A stretch of DNA of 64,000 nt from the human T2T-CHM13v2.0 reference genome, Homo sapiens, in assembly GCF_009914755.1 (NCBI RefSeq), contig NC_060925.1; one strand, given 5' to 3'. Below, one piece after another: positions 1 through 25,637 of the stretch. The notes beneath the pieces were generated by a model. It saw only the letters and a program-made list of their open reading frames with translations, was not told the DNA's origin and made no database searches. Both the position numbers and the translations under genes were made by a program. Every line of letters starts with the position of its first letter. Positions within the stretch are counted from its first letter, which is position 1.

Positions 1-45
1 AATCTAGGGCACACTCTGTTTTTTAAATATCCTCTGCTGTTTTAA

Positions 46-2546
<2,501 letters not shown>

Positions 2547-2742
2547 CTAATTATTTCCTTAGGACAGGTTTCTGTTAGTCTATTCAATGTCCTTAAAAGG
2601 GTTCTATTGACCTGCACTTCTATCCAGAGTACTTCCATCACTCTTACATAAAAAAGCTGGTTTTGCAGCCATAAAAGAGAATGTGTCCTTTGCAGGGACA
2701 TGGATGAAGCTGGACATCACTCTTACATAAAAAAGCTGGTTT

Positions 2743-3120
2743 TGCAGCCATAAAAAAGAATGAGTTCATGTCCTTTGCAGGGACATGGATGAAGCTGGAA
2801 ACCATCATTCTTAGCAAACTAACACAGGAACAGAAAACCAAACACCACATGTTCTCACTCATAAGTGGGAGTTGAACAATGAGAACACATGGGACACAGG
2901 AAGAGGAACATCACACACCAGGGCTTGTTGGAATGTGGGGGTGAGGGGAGGGAGAGCATTAGGACAAATACCTAATGCATGTGGGGCTTAAAACCTAGAT
3001 ATCGGGTTGATAGTTTGCAACAAACCATCATGGCACATGTATACCTATGAAACAAACCTGCACACTCTGCACTTGTATCCCAGAATTTAAAGTAAAATTT
3101 AAAAAAAGAGGAAAAAAATA
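2743..3120 (+). mobile_element. 5'-truncated primate L1 (L1PA-type 3' end)
   Basis: TGCAGCCATAAAAAAGAATGAGTTCATGTCCTTTGCAGGGACATGGATGAAGCTGGAAACCATCATTC...CATGTTCTCACTCATAAGTGGGAG...TATCCCAGAATTTAAAGT followed by an A-rich tail. Confidence 0.9.
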
Positions 3121-3149
3121 ATTAAAATCAATCATATAGTATGTTAGAA

Positions 3150-3151
<2 letters not shown>

Positions 3152-3190
<39 letters not shown>
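3152..3190 (+). repeat. (TAA)n microsatellite
   Basis: 13 TAA units. Confidence 0.95.
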
Positions 3191-3193
<3 letters not shown>

Positions 3194-3529
3194 GTGGTTT
3201 GAGATCCATAGTTAAAAAATAGTGAACTCAGGCCAGCTGCCATGGCTCATGCCTGTAATCCAGTGCTTTGGGAGGCTGAGGCTAGATCTCTTGAGGCCAG
3301 GAGTTTGAGACCAGCCTGGGCAACATAGCAAGACCCTGTCTCTACAAAAAATTTAAAAATTAGCTGGTTGTAGAGGTGCACACCTGTAGTTCTAGCTACT
3401 CAGGAGGCTGAGGTGGGAGGACCACTTGAGCCCCAGGAGTTTGAGGTTACAGTGAGGTATGATCGTGCCACTGCGCTATTGCCTGCATGACAGAGCAAGA
3501 CCCCATTTCATTAAAAAAAACAAAAAACT

Positions 3530-5179
3530 CCCCTCTCCCTCTCCCTCTCCCCCCTCTCCCTCTCCCCACGGTCTCCCTCTCCCTCTCTTTCCACGGTCTC
3601 CCACTGATGCCGAGCCGAAGCTGGACTGTACTGCTGCCACCTCGGGTCACTGCAGCCTCCCTGCCTGATTCTCCTGCCTCAGCCTGCCGAGTGCCTGCGA
3701 TTGCAGGTGCGCGCCACCACGCCTGACTGGTTTTCGTATTTTTTTGGTGGAGACGGGGTTTCGCTGTGTTGGCCGGGCTGGTCTCCAGCTCCTAACTGCG
3801 AGTGATCCGCCAGCCTCGGCCTCCAGAGGTGCCGGGATTGCAGATGGAGTCTGGTTCACTCAGTGCTCAATGGTGCCCAGGCTGGAGTGCAGTGGCGTGA
3901 TCTCCGCTCGCTACAACCTCCACCTCCCAGCCGCCTGCCTTGGCCTCCCAAAGTGCCGAGATTGCAGCCTCTGCCCGGCCGCCACCCCGTCTGGGAAGTG
4001 AGGAGCGTCTCTGCCTGGCCGCCCATCGTCTGGGACGTGAGGAGCCCCTCTGCCTGGCTACCCAGTCTGGAAAATGAGGAGCGTCTCTGCCCGGCCGCCA
4101 TCCCATCTAGGAAGTGAGGAGCGCCTCTTCCCGGCCGCCATCCCATCTAGGAAGTGAGGAGCGTCTCTGCCCGGCCGCCCATCGTCTGAGATGTGGGGAG
4201 CGCCTCTGCCCCGCCGCCCCGTCTGGGATGTGAGGAGCGCCTCTGCCCAGCCGCGACCCCGTCTGGGAGGTGAGGAGCGTCTCTGCCCAGCCGCCCCATC
4301 TGAGAAGTGAGGAAACCCTCCGCCTGGCAACCGCCCCATATGAGAAGTGAGGAGCCTCTCCGCCCGGCAGCCACCCCGTCTGGTAAGTGAGGAGCGTCTC
4401 TGCCCGGCAGCCACCCCATCCGGGAGGGAGGTGGGGGTCAGCCCCCGCCCGGCCAGCCGCCCCGTCCGGGAGGGAGGTGGGGGGGTCAGCCCCCCGCCTG
4501 GCCAGCCGCCCCGTCCGGGAGGGAGGTGGGGGGGTCAGCCCCCCGCCCAGCCAGCCGCCCGGTCCGGGAGGTGAGGGGCGCCTCTGCCCGGCCGCCCCTA
4601 CTGGGAAGTGAGGAGCCCCTCTGCCCAGCCACCACCCCGTCTGGGAGGTGTACCGAACAGCTCATTGAGAACGGGCCATGATGACAATGGCGGTTTTGTG
4701 GAATAGAAAGGGGGGAAAGGCGGGGAAAGGATTGAGAAATCGGATGGTTGCCATGTCTGTGTAGAAAGAGGTAGACACGGGAGACTTTTCATTTTGTTCT
4801 GTACTAAGAAAAATTCTTCTGCCTTGTGATCCTGTTGATCGGTGACCCTACCCACAACCCTGTGCTCTCTGAAACGTGTGCTGTGTCCACTCAGGGTTAA
4901 ATGGATTAAGGGCGGTGCAAGATGTGCTTTGTTAAACAGATGCTTGAAGGCAGCATGCTCGTTAAGAGTCATCACCACTCCCTAATCTCAAGTACCCAGG
5001 GACACAAACACTGCGGAAGGCCGCAGGGTCCTCTGCATAGGAAAACCAGAGACCTTTGTTCACTTGTTTATCTGCTGACCCTCCCTCCACTATTGTCCTA
5101 TGACCCTGCCAAATCCCCCTCTGTGAGAAACACCCAAGAATGATCAATAAAGAATAAATAAATAAATAAATAAATAAAT
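3530..5179 (+). mobile_element. Full-length SVA retrotransposon (SVA_C/D-like), antisense in FUCA1 intron 5
   Basis: CCCTCT hexamers (3530-3600), antisense Alu-like domain, GC-rich VNTR (~3965-4645), SINE-R (~4650-5150), AATAAA 5146-5151, (AATA)n tail, TSD AAAAAACT at 3522-3529 and 5180-5187. Confidence 0.96.
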
Positions 5180-5405
5180 AAAAAACTGGACACCCTACTA
5201 CCCACACCCACTTTAAGATATAGATTACAACCAACACCGTTAAAGCCCTTTTGCATGCCCTTCTCCATCCCAGCCCCCTCCTAAATTTTGTTTATAATGA
5301 TCTCGCTTTTCTTCATAATTTTACCTCCAAAATATGCATCTGTAAACAATATGCTGTTTTTGCAAGCTTTTGAACATTATATAAAATAAATCATACTGCA
5401 TGTTA

Positions 5406-5648
<243 letters not shown>

Positions 5649-5754
5649 CTAAGGAGGGAAAGAATATTTGGTCATGAGGAGTAAAACCACTTGACTTCTT
5701 TATGTAATACACTTTGGTAAGGCTCTATTTGGAAGCAAGAAACTTAGTCTAGAG

Positions 5755-5963
5755 CAGTGGCTGTCAACTGGGGGCAATTTTGCTCTGGAGGGGACATTTG
5801 GTAAAGTCTAGAGACATTTTTGATTGTCACAACGGGGGTGGTATGCCATCTAGTGGGTAGAGACCAGGGATGTTACTAAACGTCCTACAATGCACAGGAC
5901 AGCCCCCACAGCAAAGAAATATTCAGCCCTAAATGTCAACAGTACTGAGGTAGAGAAACCCTG
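5755..5963. mobile_element. MER20 (hAT-Charlie non-autonomous DNA transposon)
   Basis: CAGTGG...GGGGCAATTTTG...GGGACATTTGG...AATGCACAGGACAGCCCCCAC...GAGAAACCCTG with 8-bp hAT-like flanks GTCTAGAG and CTGCAGAG; about 105 nt upstream of the exon 5 acceptor. Confidence 0.8.
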
Positions 5964-6397
5964 CTGCAGAGATACATGTCAGGGCTGGGAGAGCTTGCTT
6001 TAAAGATCATCTGGTAAATCACTTTTTCTATAAGAGGAGAAATGAACAGGAGAGGACCTGCCTGGGGCCATGCCCCTAGGCAGTTTCAAAAGCTGGAACT
6101 ACAAATCAGGTATCTGAACCCATGGCAGGCTGTTTTCCAACTATATAATCCCAGCCTTACTTACGTAAAAAAAAAGTCTTAAGACAATCCCACTCAAAAA
6201 AAAAAAAAATAGCAAATTCTTTTTCTTACTTCAAGGTTTAGCTGAAGAATGATAAATCATACATGGAATATCTTAATGTAAATGTTAAATGCAGCATATT
6301 TTATAACAGAGTGGCCAATACAAGATAAAAACTGAAACCATTTGGGAGGCCAAGGCAGGCAGATCATGAGGTCAGGAGATAGAGACCAACCTGGCTA

Positions 6398-6646
<249 letters not shown>

Positions 6647-6874
6647 TTATTAAAAGTTTAAAATTCCCATTTCTTGCCTGTTTTAGAGTCATTCACATTG
6701 GTATGAAGTTTCTCCTATGGAAGCTAGTTAAGTGCCAAAGAGAAATAGAAGAATAGTCATTATTTGTAACTAGTTCAATCCAATGTCTGGTACTTGATTA
6801 TCAATGTCTGGGCATCATGGGTCACAGAATTGAAAAGGACAACTCAAGATCAATTCAAGAACAGGTATGTAAAA

Positions 6875-9055
<2,181 letters not shown>

Positions 9056-10365
9056 TTAGAAAACCACTCTTAATCTGTCTCTGTGCATCATATAGAATCT
9101 GTTTTTTTCTTTCTTCCCATTTTCTGAGCTTAGTAATAGAGACCCAATGAGACCCTTAGACTTTTTTTTTGAGAAGGAGTCTCACTCTGTCGCCCAGGCT
9201 GGAGTGCAGTGGCGCGATCTCGGCTCACTGAAAGCTCTGCCTTCCAGGTTCACACCATTCTCCTGCCTCAGCCTCCTGAGCAGCTGGGACTACAGGCACC
9301 CACTACCACGCCTGGCTAATTTCTTTTTGTATTTTTAGTAGAGATGGGGTTTCACTGTGTTAGCCAGGATGGTCTCGATCTCCTGACCTCGTGATCTGCC
9401 TGCCTTGGCCTCCCAAAGTGCTGGGATTACAGGCGTGAGCCACTGCACCTGGCCAAGACCCTTAGAGATTTATGAACTACCAAGGTACCTCAGTACAAAC
9501 TGCTTTTACACTTAAGATTTTCCTTTTAAATCCACAACAAATCTAGAACATGTACAATCGTGAAATTTGCTACAGTGAAGATTAGGGTTTCCGCTACTTT
9601 GCAAGTACGCTAAAATACAAACTGTAAATGGGCAGCCATTATGCACTGCCTCATAGTGTTGATTATAGGGAGGCGTACTGGGTAGGCAACATTCCCCCAA
9701 GGATTTGGATATAAGGGAAGTAAGTGTGTCCCTTGAGAGTTAAACTATAAAATCAACATAGAGTAGGTGGGATTGTAGGCATCTGCATTTTATTCCTACC
9801 ATTTAATTTTGTAGGTTTTGTGTATCTTATATGTTTTCTTTATTTTTATTTTTTGGAGACAGGGTTTCACTGTCACGCAGGCTGGAGTACAATGGCGTGA
9901 TCTAGGTTCATTACAGCTTTGACCTCTTGGGCTCAAGTGATCCTCCCACGTCAGCCTCCCCCCACATCAGCCTCCTGAGTAGCTGGGACTACCTCCCGAG
10001 TAGCTGGGACTACAGGTCCGTGCCACCACACCCAGCTAATTTTATTTTTTGTAGAGATGAGGTCTCACTACGTTGCCCAGGCTGGTCTTGAACTCCTGGA
10101 CTCAAGTCATCTGCTTGCCTTGGCCTCCCAAAGTGCTGGGATTACAGGCATGAGCTGCTATGCTTGGCCTGTATGTCTTTTATATGTTTTCTTTGTATTT
10201 TATTATATGTTTTAATATCTTTTTGGTGGTTTTCTCATTTATAACATTTGTTTGCTTAATAGAGTTTATTTTTTCTGTAGTGGTCTGGGAATTGTAATTA
10301 CTATTTTTAGTCTACTATGTAAATTTACCACTGTTTAAACCTATATTGTCAAAGTTAAGAACTAA

Positions 10366-10491
<126 letters not shown>

Positions 10492-10508
10492 TAAAAACAC
10501 AAAAATCA

Positions 10509-10655
<147 letters not shown>

Positions 10656-10816
10656 TTAAAAAAAAAAAAAAACAACACTAAAGGAGAAGAAAACTTATAC
10701 TCTAAGGGAGCCAGGGAAGATTAAAGGAGAAACCTTTAACATCCATTAAGTGTCCCAGTCCCTACTGCCCCCATGTTGATATTCCTGTTTATTATTGCTG
10801 CTGCTGTGGTTGTCTA

Positions 10817-11035
<219 letters not shown>

Positions 11036-11058
11036 TCACAGTAAAATCTTATGGACCA

Positions 11059-11228
11059 TTTTTTTTTTTAGAGATGGGGTTTCGCTATGTTGCCTAAGCT
11101 TGAGTCCAGCAGCTATCAACATGTATGATCACAATGCACTATAGTCTCGAATTCCTGGGCTCAAGCGATCCTCTTGCCTAAGCCTCCTGAGTAGTTGGGA
11201 CTACAGGTGCACATCACTGCATTTGACT
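11059..11228 (-). mobile_element. FAM-like fossil Alu monomer
   Basis: Monomeric Alu retaining a 7SL-like segment (CAGCTATCAACATGTATGATCACAATGCACTATAGTCTCGAA) absent from dimeric Alus; about 70 nt from the exon 4 acceptor. Confidence 0.7.
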
Positions 11229-11389
11229 TGTGGACTGATTTTTGCAACAAATATTTTAAAATTAATTTTCCTTCATTTTGAAAGTATGTGGCATAAAAAT
11301 TATCACAGTGCAGAGGATGTGGAAAACTGAAAACATTTGCTAATAAAACCAGTTTGCTAATAAAACCACCATTTAAAACAAACACAGCA

Positions 11390-12611
<1,222 letters not shown>

Positions 12612-13295
12612 TTAAGAGTTGGAACTATTCATAAAATGCATTTTTGTGGATAATTACCAAAGTCTGTACTGTAAAGGACTTATGGAATCCACTGGAGCCC
12701 CATTTGTACTCTAGCATATTATTACTCTGAGCCCTATAAGGCATGTATGTTGTGTGTATATACATAAATACATATGTATATACCTATATGGTAAGCATTA
12801 TTATTCTCATTTGAGCAGCAAGACTTTGATGCTCAGTAGGGCAATTTGTTTCAGGTGACAAGGCTTGTAAGTAACAGGAGGTGGAACTCAAATACAAATC
12901 TGCCCATTTGTCCACTGTACTCCATAATTAGGCAGGTAAACTCTAGGAAGATCACTAAGTGGCAAGATATAACAGATGGTCTGTGATTTACTGTGTATAA
13001 GAAATTGTACTAGGCAATTTAAACTCATTACCTCATTAGTTCTCATGATTCTAGGATATACTATTATCCCATTTCACAGATAGAGAAACCAAGATCTCGA
13101 AAGATAAGTAGTTTGTTCAAGGCAACATAGCCAAGTACGATAAAAGAGTGGGGATCTAAGATTCAGTAATTCTAAATCTGTCCATGTCTCTGATGGTCTC
13201 TTACAATTGTTACTATTTTCTTAAGAGAAGTCATCTGGATAGAATCTGAATACAAGGTAATTTTTCTTTTCTTGAGACAAAGTTTTCCTCTGTAG

Positions 13296-13490
<195 letters not shown>

Positions 13491-14219
13491 TGATCTGCCT
13501 GCCTCGGCCTCCCAAAATGCTGGGATTACAGGCGTAAGCCACTGCGCCTGGCTAAAGGTGATTTTCCTTTGCTCTAAAGTGAGGGTCCAGGCAGCTGCCT
13601 CTGAAGCTTTAAGGGTCTACCGTCCTCTATGAGTCCCCAGGCTCGAGAAAGGCAAATGGGGATAAAACATTGTGAAGAACTAGTGACAAATCCCTAAGTG
13701 AAAGTGATCATTTAAAGAATAATGGTAATAACAACAGCCTTACTTTGTACCAGGCACCGTGACAGATACATTTCACATACTATTCTGAGCCCTACAAAGA
13801 AGGCATTATTATCCCCACTTTACAGAGTGAGAATCAAGCTCAGGAGAGTGTTCTGTTTAAGGCATGTAAGTAACAGGAGCCAGAATTCAAACACAAATCT
13901 GCCCGATGCCAAACCACCCCCTCTCCAGGGTCCTGACATAGGGAAAACGGCATGTAAGAAGGGAACTAAAATTTTGACTTTCTGCCATCCTGGGTTTTGT
14001 GTGATTGTTTCAATGTAGAAGGCAATATGGCCACATGACAGAAGTTCTGAAAGGCAGGAGGAAAGAACATATTTTGTCTTAATACAACCACCACTTTTTA
14101 TTATTTTGATGTCTTTTAGGTTTTTTTCATACCTATCCCTCCTCCACTTTAATGGTACCCTATAGGAAGCTCTGATTTCATTGATAAAAGTCATAGGGCC
14201 AAAATATTTCAGTGTCTTA

Positions 14220-14414
<195 letters not shown>

Positions 14415-14605
14415 TTAAGGAAAATCAGTTCTAGCATTTTTTCATTTCAGTGGCACTCACTCATAAGAGCATATAGAGAGGAATGGGATCCAAAACCATT
14501 TCCTTAAATTATTCACTATTCACTTAAGCAAAATGAGGTTTACTGTGTTTTTGATTAAACACATAACTACCTTTTATACATAAATATCTTAACACCAAAA
14601 TATTA

Positions 14606-15009
<404 letters not shown>

Positions 15010-15156
15010 TCATAAAATTTCATATTTAAAGAAACTGGAAAATAGAAAATCAAATATGCAAAGTACTCTTACTCAGAAATAATCATTAGTAACATTTTCC
15101 ACACAGTTGAAATGAATATAGGTTTATCGTTTTATTTATCTAAGATTTACTAATAG

Positions 15157-15411
<255 letters not shown>

Positions 15412-15753
15412 TGATCCACCCGCCTCGGCCTCCCAAAGTGCTGGGATTACAGGCGTAAGTCACCACGCCTGGCCAAACTAATAGTTCTTAACGTACACAA
15501 AATGAAATGTGGTTGATGACCTATTTTCATATTTAATAAAGCTTGCTTTGGGTTAAGAATGGTGAGTGTTACAAAAACCTTATAATGCAAGAAGCAATTA
15601 CACAGATAAAAAACAACTGAAGTATTTCATCATATGACCCAGGGACTAAATAAAGATGGTAAAAATCATGACTCCTGAAGTCCATATCTAATCAATATCT
15701 CAGAGTTTTACAGCAGGACTTTAAGCAAAGCACAGTGCTGAGAAACAAACTGA

Positions 15754-16245
<492 letters not shown>

Positions 16246-16390
16246 TCAGCCTACTCCTCAAACAGGACATCAAGTAGCATCGTAGTCTATGTTGGGTATC
16301 CTTCATCTAACCAGACATGGCCATGAACTTCTGTAACGGTGTCCCCTTTGGTCACGTGAAAACTGTGAAGCATCAAACACTGCCAATTCA

Positions 16391-16510
16391 AAGGCCAGAA
16401 GCCCTTCCGGCTACTTGCTATATGCAAACCTAGAAAACACACAGGAGTAGAAGGCCAAAAGCCCTTCAGGCTACTTGCTATATGCAAACCTAGAAAACAC
16501 ACGCAAGTAG
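16391..16510 (+). repeat. 60-bp tandem duplication
   Basis: AAGGCCA(G/A)AAGCCCTTC(C/A)GGCTACTTGCTATATGCAAACCTAGAAAACACAC...AGTAG occurs twice. Confidence 0.95.
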
Positions 16511-16576
16511 AGGAGGTACAGAACTCTTGACAGCCAGATCCAAAGAGATAACAGAGTAACCATCCCTGGACACTCA

Positions 16577-17035
<459 letters not shown>

Positions 17036-17049
17036 TTAACTTTCTTTCA

Positions 17050-17376
<327 letters not shown>

Positions 17377-17636
17377 CTACAGAGCAAAACTGTTTCAAAA
17401 CAACAATAACAACAAAATAGAAAACTTTCTAGAAAACTAAGCTGTTTGGTTTACCAAGCCTACATAAATTGCCTCTCATTTATTATAGAGGTGACAAAAG
17501 ACCCAATAACTGGGAGAAAAGGCAAGTGTTGAAATAACAACCAAATCACTCAATATTTAATTTGCTTTTATGGCACAAAAATAGGTAATGCACTTTATGG
17601 TTCAATCATTGGCCAGAGTAGGGAACTCCAGGATTT

Positions 17637-17802
17637 GAAGGGCCAGATAGTATTTTAGGCTCTGTGGGAGCACATTCCTCTCTGTAGTGTATTCTTCTTT
17701 AAAACATTTTACAACCCTTTAAAAATGTAAAAACCATTCTCACCTCATGGGCCTTAAAAAACTGGCAGAGGACCAATCCCTCTGGCCAGTTTGCAGACCC
17801 TG
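17637..17802. mobile_element. MER58-like hAT fragment
   Basis: AAGGGCCAGATAG...TTTTAGGC...ACAACCCTTTAAAAATGTAAAAACCATTCT...CAGTTTGCAGACCCTG. Confidence 0.55.
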
Positions 17803-18849
17803 GTGCAGTGGAAACAACCTTGACGTCATGAGACCTGGAGTCTAGGACATTATATTCCTTCCTCTCTTTGGGCCAGTCATCTCATCCATGAAATAAAAGG
17901 CATGGAAAGAGGTTATCTCCCAGATTTTAATTTTTCTCACTTGTAAGTTATGGATCCCTAAGGCCCCTAGGAGACAAACACTTCCTCTGCTTAATCAAGT
18001 CTTATACTCCCATACATTTAATGGCAAACACTAAATGCCAGTTGTAACTTCTCTTTAGTACAAGTGAATTCAAAGTTCAAGAGAAACGAAAACCCGGAAG
18101 ATGGCTGAGGAACCAAGGTAAGGATGGAAGACTGCTCTAAGCCAGGGGCTGGGGAAACCTCCCCGCCTCCATTTTTACTCTTCTCCAACCCACTTCTCTC
18201 CCAGCAGCCGAATGAATCTTTCTAGAAGCTTATAGTAACCACTCCCTGACTTAACATCTGTCAATACAGGGCTCTCAAGGCTCACTCCTTCAGGACAAGC
18301 CCCTGCCTTGACAACTTCATGGGTCGTGGTCTCCCCTTATCCCCACCCCAGCGCTCTCTACTCTGTTCTCTGAACCAGCCACCCCCAAGTTCCAACAGTT
18401 CTCAGAGAGAGTCAGACCCTTCCTGGACACTTCCTACGTAAAAGGGATTGAGAGGAGCAAACGAATGACTATCTGTACTGTTGCCCAAATACACTGCACA
18501 CCAGAACTCCCCTCTCTTTCCCTCTTAGAGACATTAGGGCTCAAAGGGTTGTATCCTTATATAACCCCTTTCTACAACCATAGAAGAGGCTGCAGGGAGG
18601 CTGAAGTGACATGTCCAGGTTCACAGTTGAATTAGAACCAGGCTCCACACCACTGATTTGAAACCCTGGAGTCCTGATAGTGCTGTCAATCTGAAAGGGA
18701 CATCAGGTATGGCCTAACTCAGCCCTCTCGGTGCACAGGTGCAGATACCCAGGGCTTCCCAGCCTGCCATCTCCCTGAACCTTCATTTATCAGTCCCCAG
18801 TCAAACGCACCTCCTCCTCCTCATCAGGTGTGCCAGGCTCACTCCTGTG

Positions 18850-19680
<831 letters not shown>

Positions 19681-20670
19681 TCCATTGAGCCGGACGCAGT
19701 GGCTCACGCCTGTAATCCTAACACTTTCGGAAGTCGAGGCGGGAGGATCGCTCTGAGCCCACAAGTTGGAGACTAGCCTGTCTCTATAAAAAATAAACAA
19801 AATGAGCCTGGCGTAGTGGTGCACGTCTGGAGTCCCAGCTACTCGAGAGGCTGAGGTGGGAGGTTCGGGATCGCTTGAGCCCGGGAAGTCTGGGCTGCAG
19901 TGAACCGAACCGTGATCACGCCTCTGGGAGTAGTCCATTTTGCCGCAGCAATCCTGCAGGGGTAGGCTGAAGTGAGATCACGAGTTTTATTTAGTGATCA
20001 CTTGGGAGCCATAGGGGGCTTTTGAGTTGTCCTGTAGCACAAGGCTGGAGGAGGAGATAACAGACCGGAAGGGTATCTAACAGCCCTGACAGAAATAAGG
20101 AGGTAGAGGGATGATGGGAGGAAACGTTATGAAAGGAGAGGAAAGAGAAAACTGGGTACTGAAAGAGGGAGAGCGGGCAGGACCGTTTCATCTGTCTGGT
20201 ATTTACTGAGCTTTCTTTGGGAATTCCGAGGCATTTCAAATAGCTTAGTTTGTACCGAGATAGCGCCACTGCACTCCAGCCCCTGGGCGACAGAGCCAGA
20301 CCAAGGAAGAAAGAAAGGAAGGAAGGAAGGAAGGAAGGAGGAAGGAGGAAGGAAGGAAAGAAGGAGGAAGTGGAGAGCCAAGAGGACCCAGGATTGCCTG
20401 GCAGGGAAGTTCCCCAGTTCCTCTGCAATTTGCACATGCTGCACATACTCAAACGGGAGGTGAGGCCATTAGCGAGGGAAATACGGAAGTCAGAAGTCTC
20501 TGAACAGACAAGGTGGCTCACGCCTGTAATCCCAGCACTTTGGGAGGCCGAGGTGGGCAGATCACCTGAGGTCGGGAGTTTGAGACCAGCCTGGCCAACA
20601 TGGTGAAACCCCATCTCTACTAAAAATACAAAAATTAGCCGGGCATGGGGTGCGCCTGTAATCCCAGCTA

Positions 20671-20908
<238 letters not shown>

Positions 20909-21142
20909 CTAGGCACCATCCTCTTCCCTACCCTTCCCATTGTACCGAGGAGGGAACTGAAGCCCAGAGAGGGCTGGGGGGCTGCCCAAGATCATGCAGC
21001 TAGTTTGGGTCAGAGGTGGGACTAGAATACGTGTCTCCAGGTGCAAAATCTATGCCTTTGTTCATGCTGCTTCTTTCTTGCACCTCATGAGAAGTCAGAG
21101 CCTATGTTGACAGAACCCAGCACTTCCTCACTCTGGCAGTGA

Positions 21143-21436
<294 letters not shown>

Positions 21437-21619
21437 TGATCCGCCAGCCTCAGCCTTCCAAAGTGCTGGGATTACAGGCATGAGCCACTGCACCCGGCCT
21501 ACAGCTATTTTCTTTATCTTCTGTTTCTTTTTCTGCCAGATTATGTTGAAATATTGCCCAAAAGAGTAAGCATGAACACCTTAGGAAAAAAACCGAACCC
21601 ATCCACACACATTTTCTAG

Positions 21620-25637
<4,018 letters not shown>

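Noticed and set aside
3447-5237. Overlapping Pro/Arg/Gly-rich ORFs and a regular ~40-bp repeat array
   Set aside because: SVA Alu-like, VNTR and SINE-R domains; non-coding, and not a CRISPR array (no unique spacers, eukaryotic DNA).
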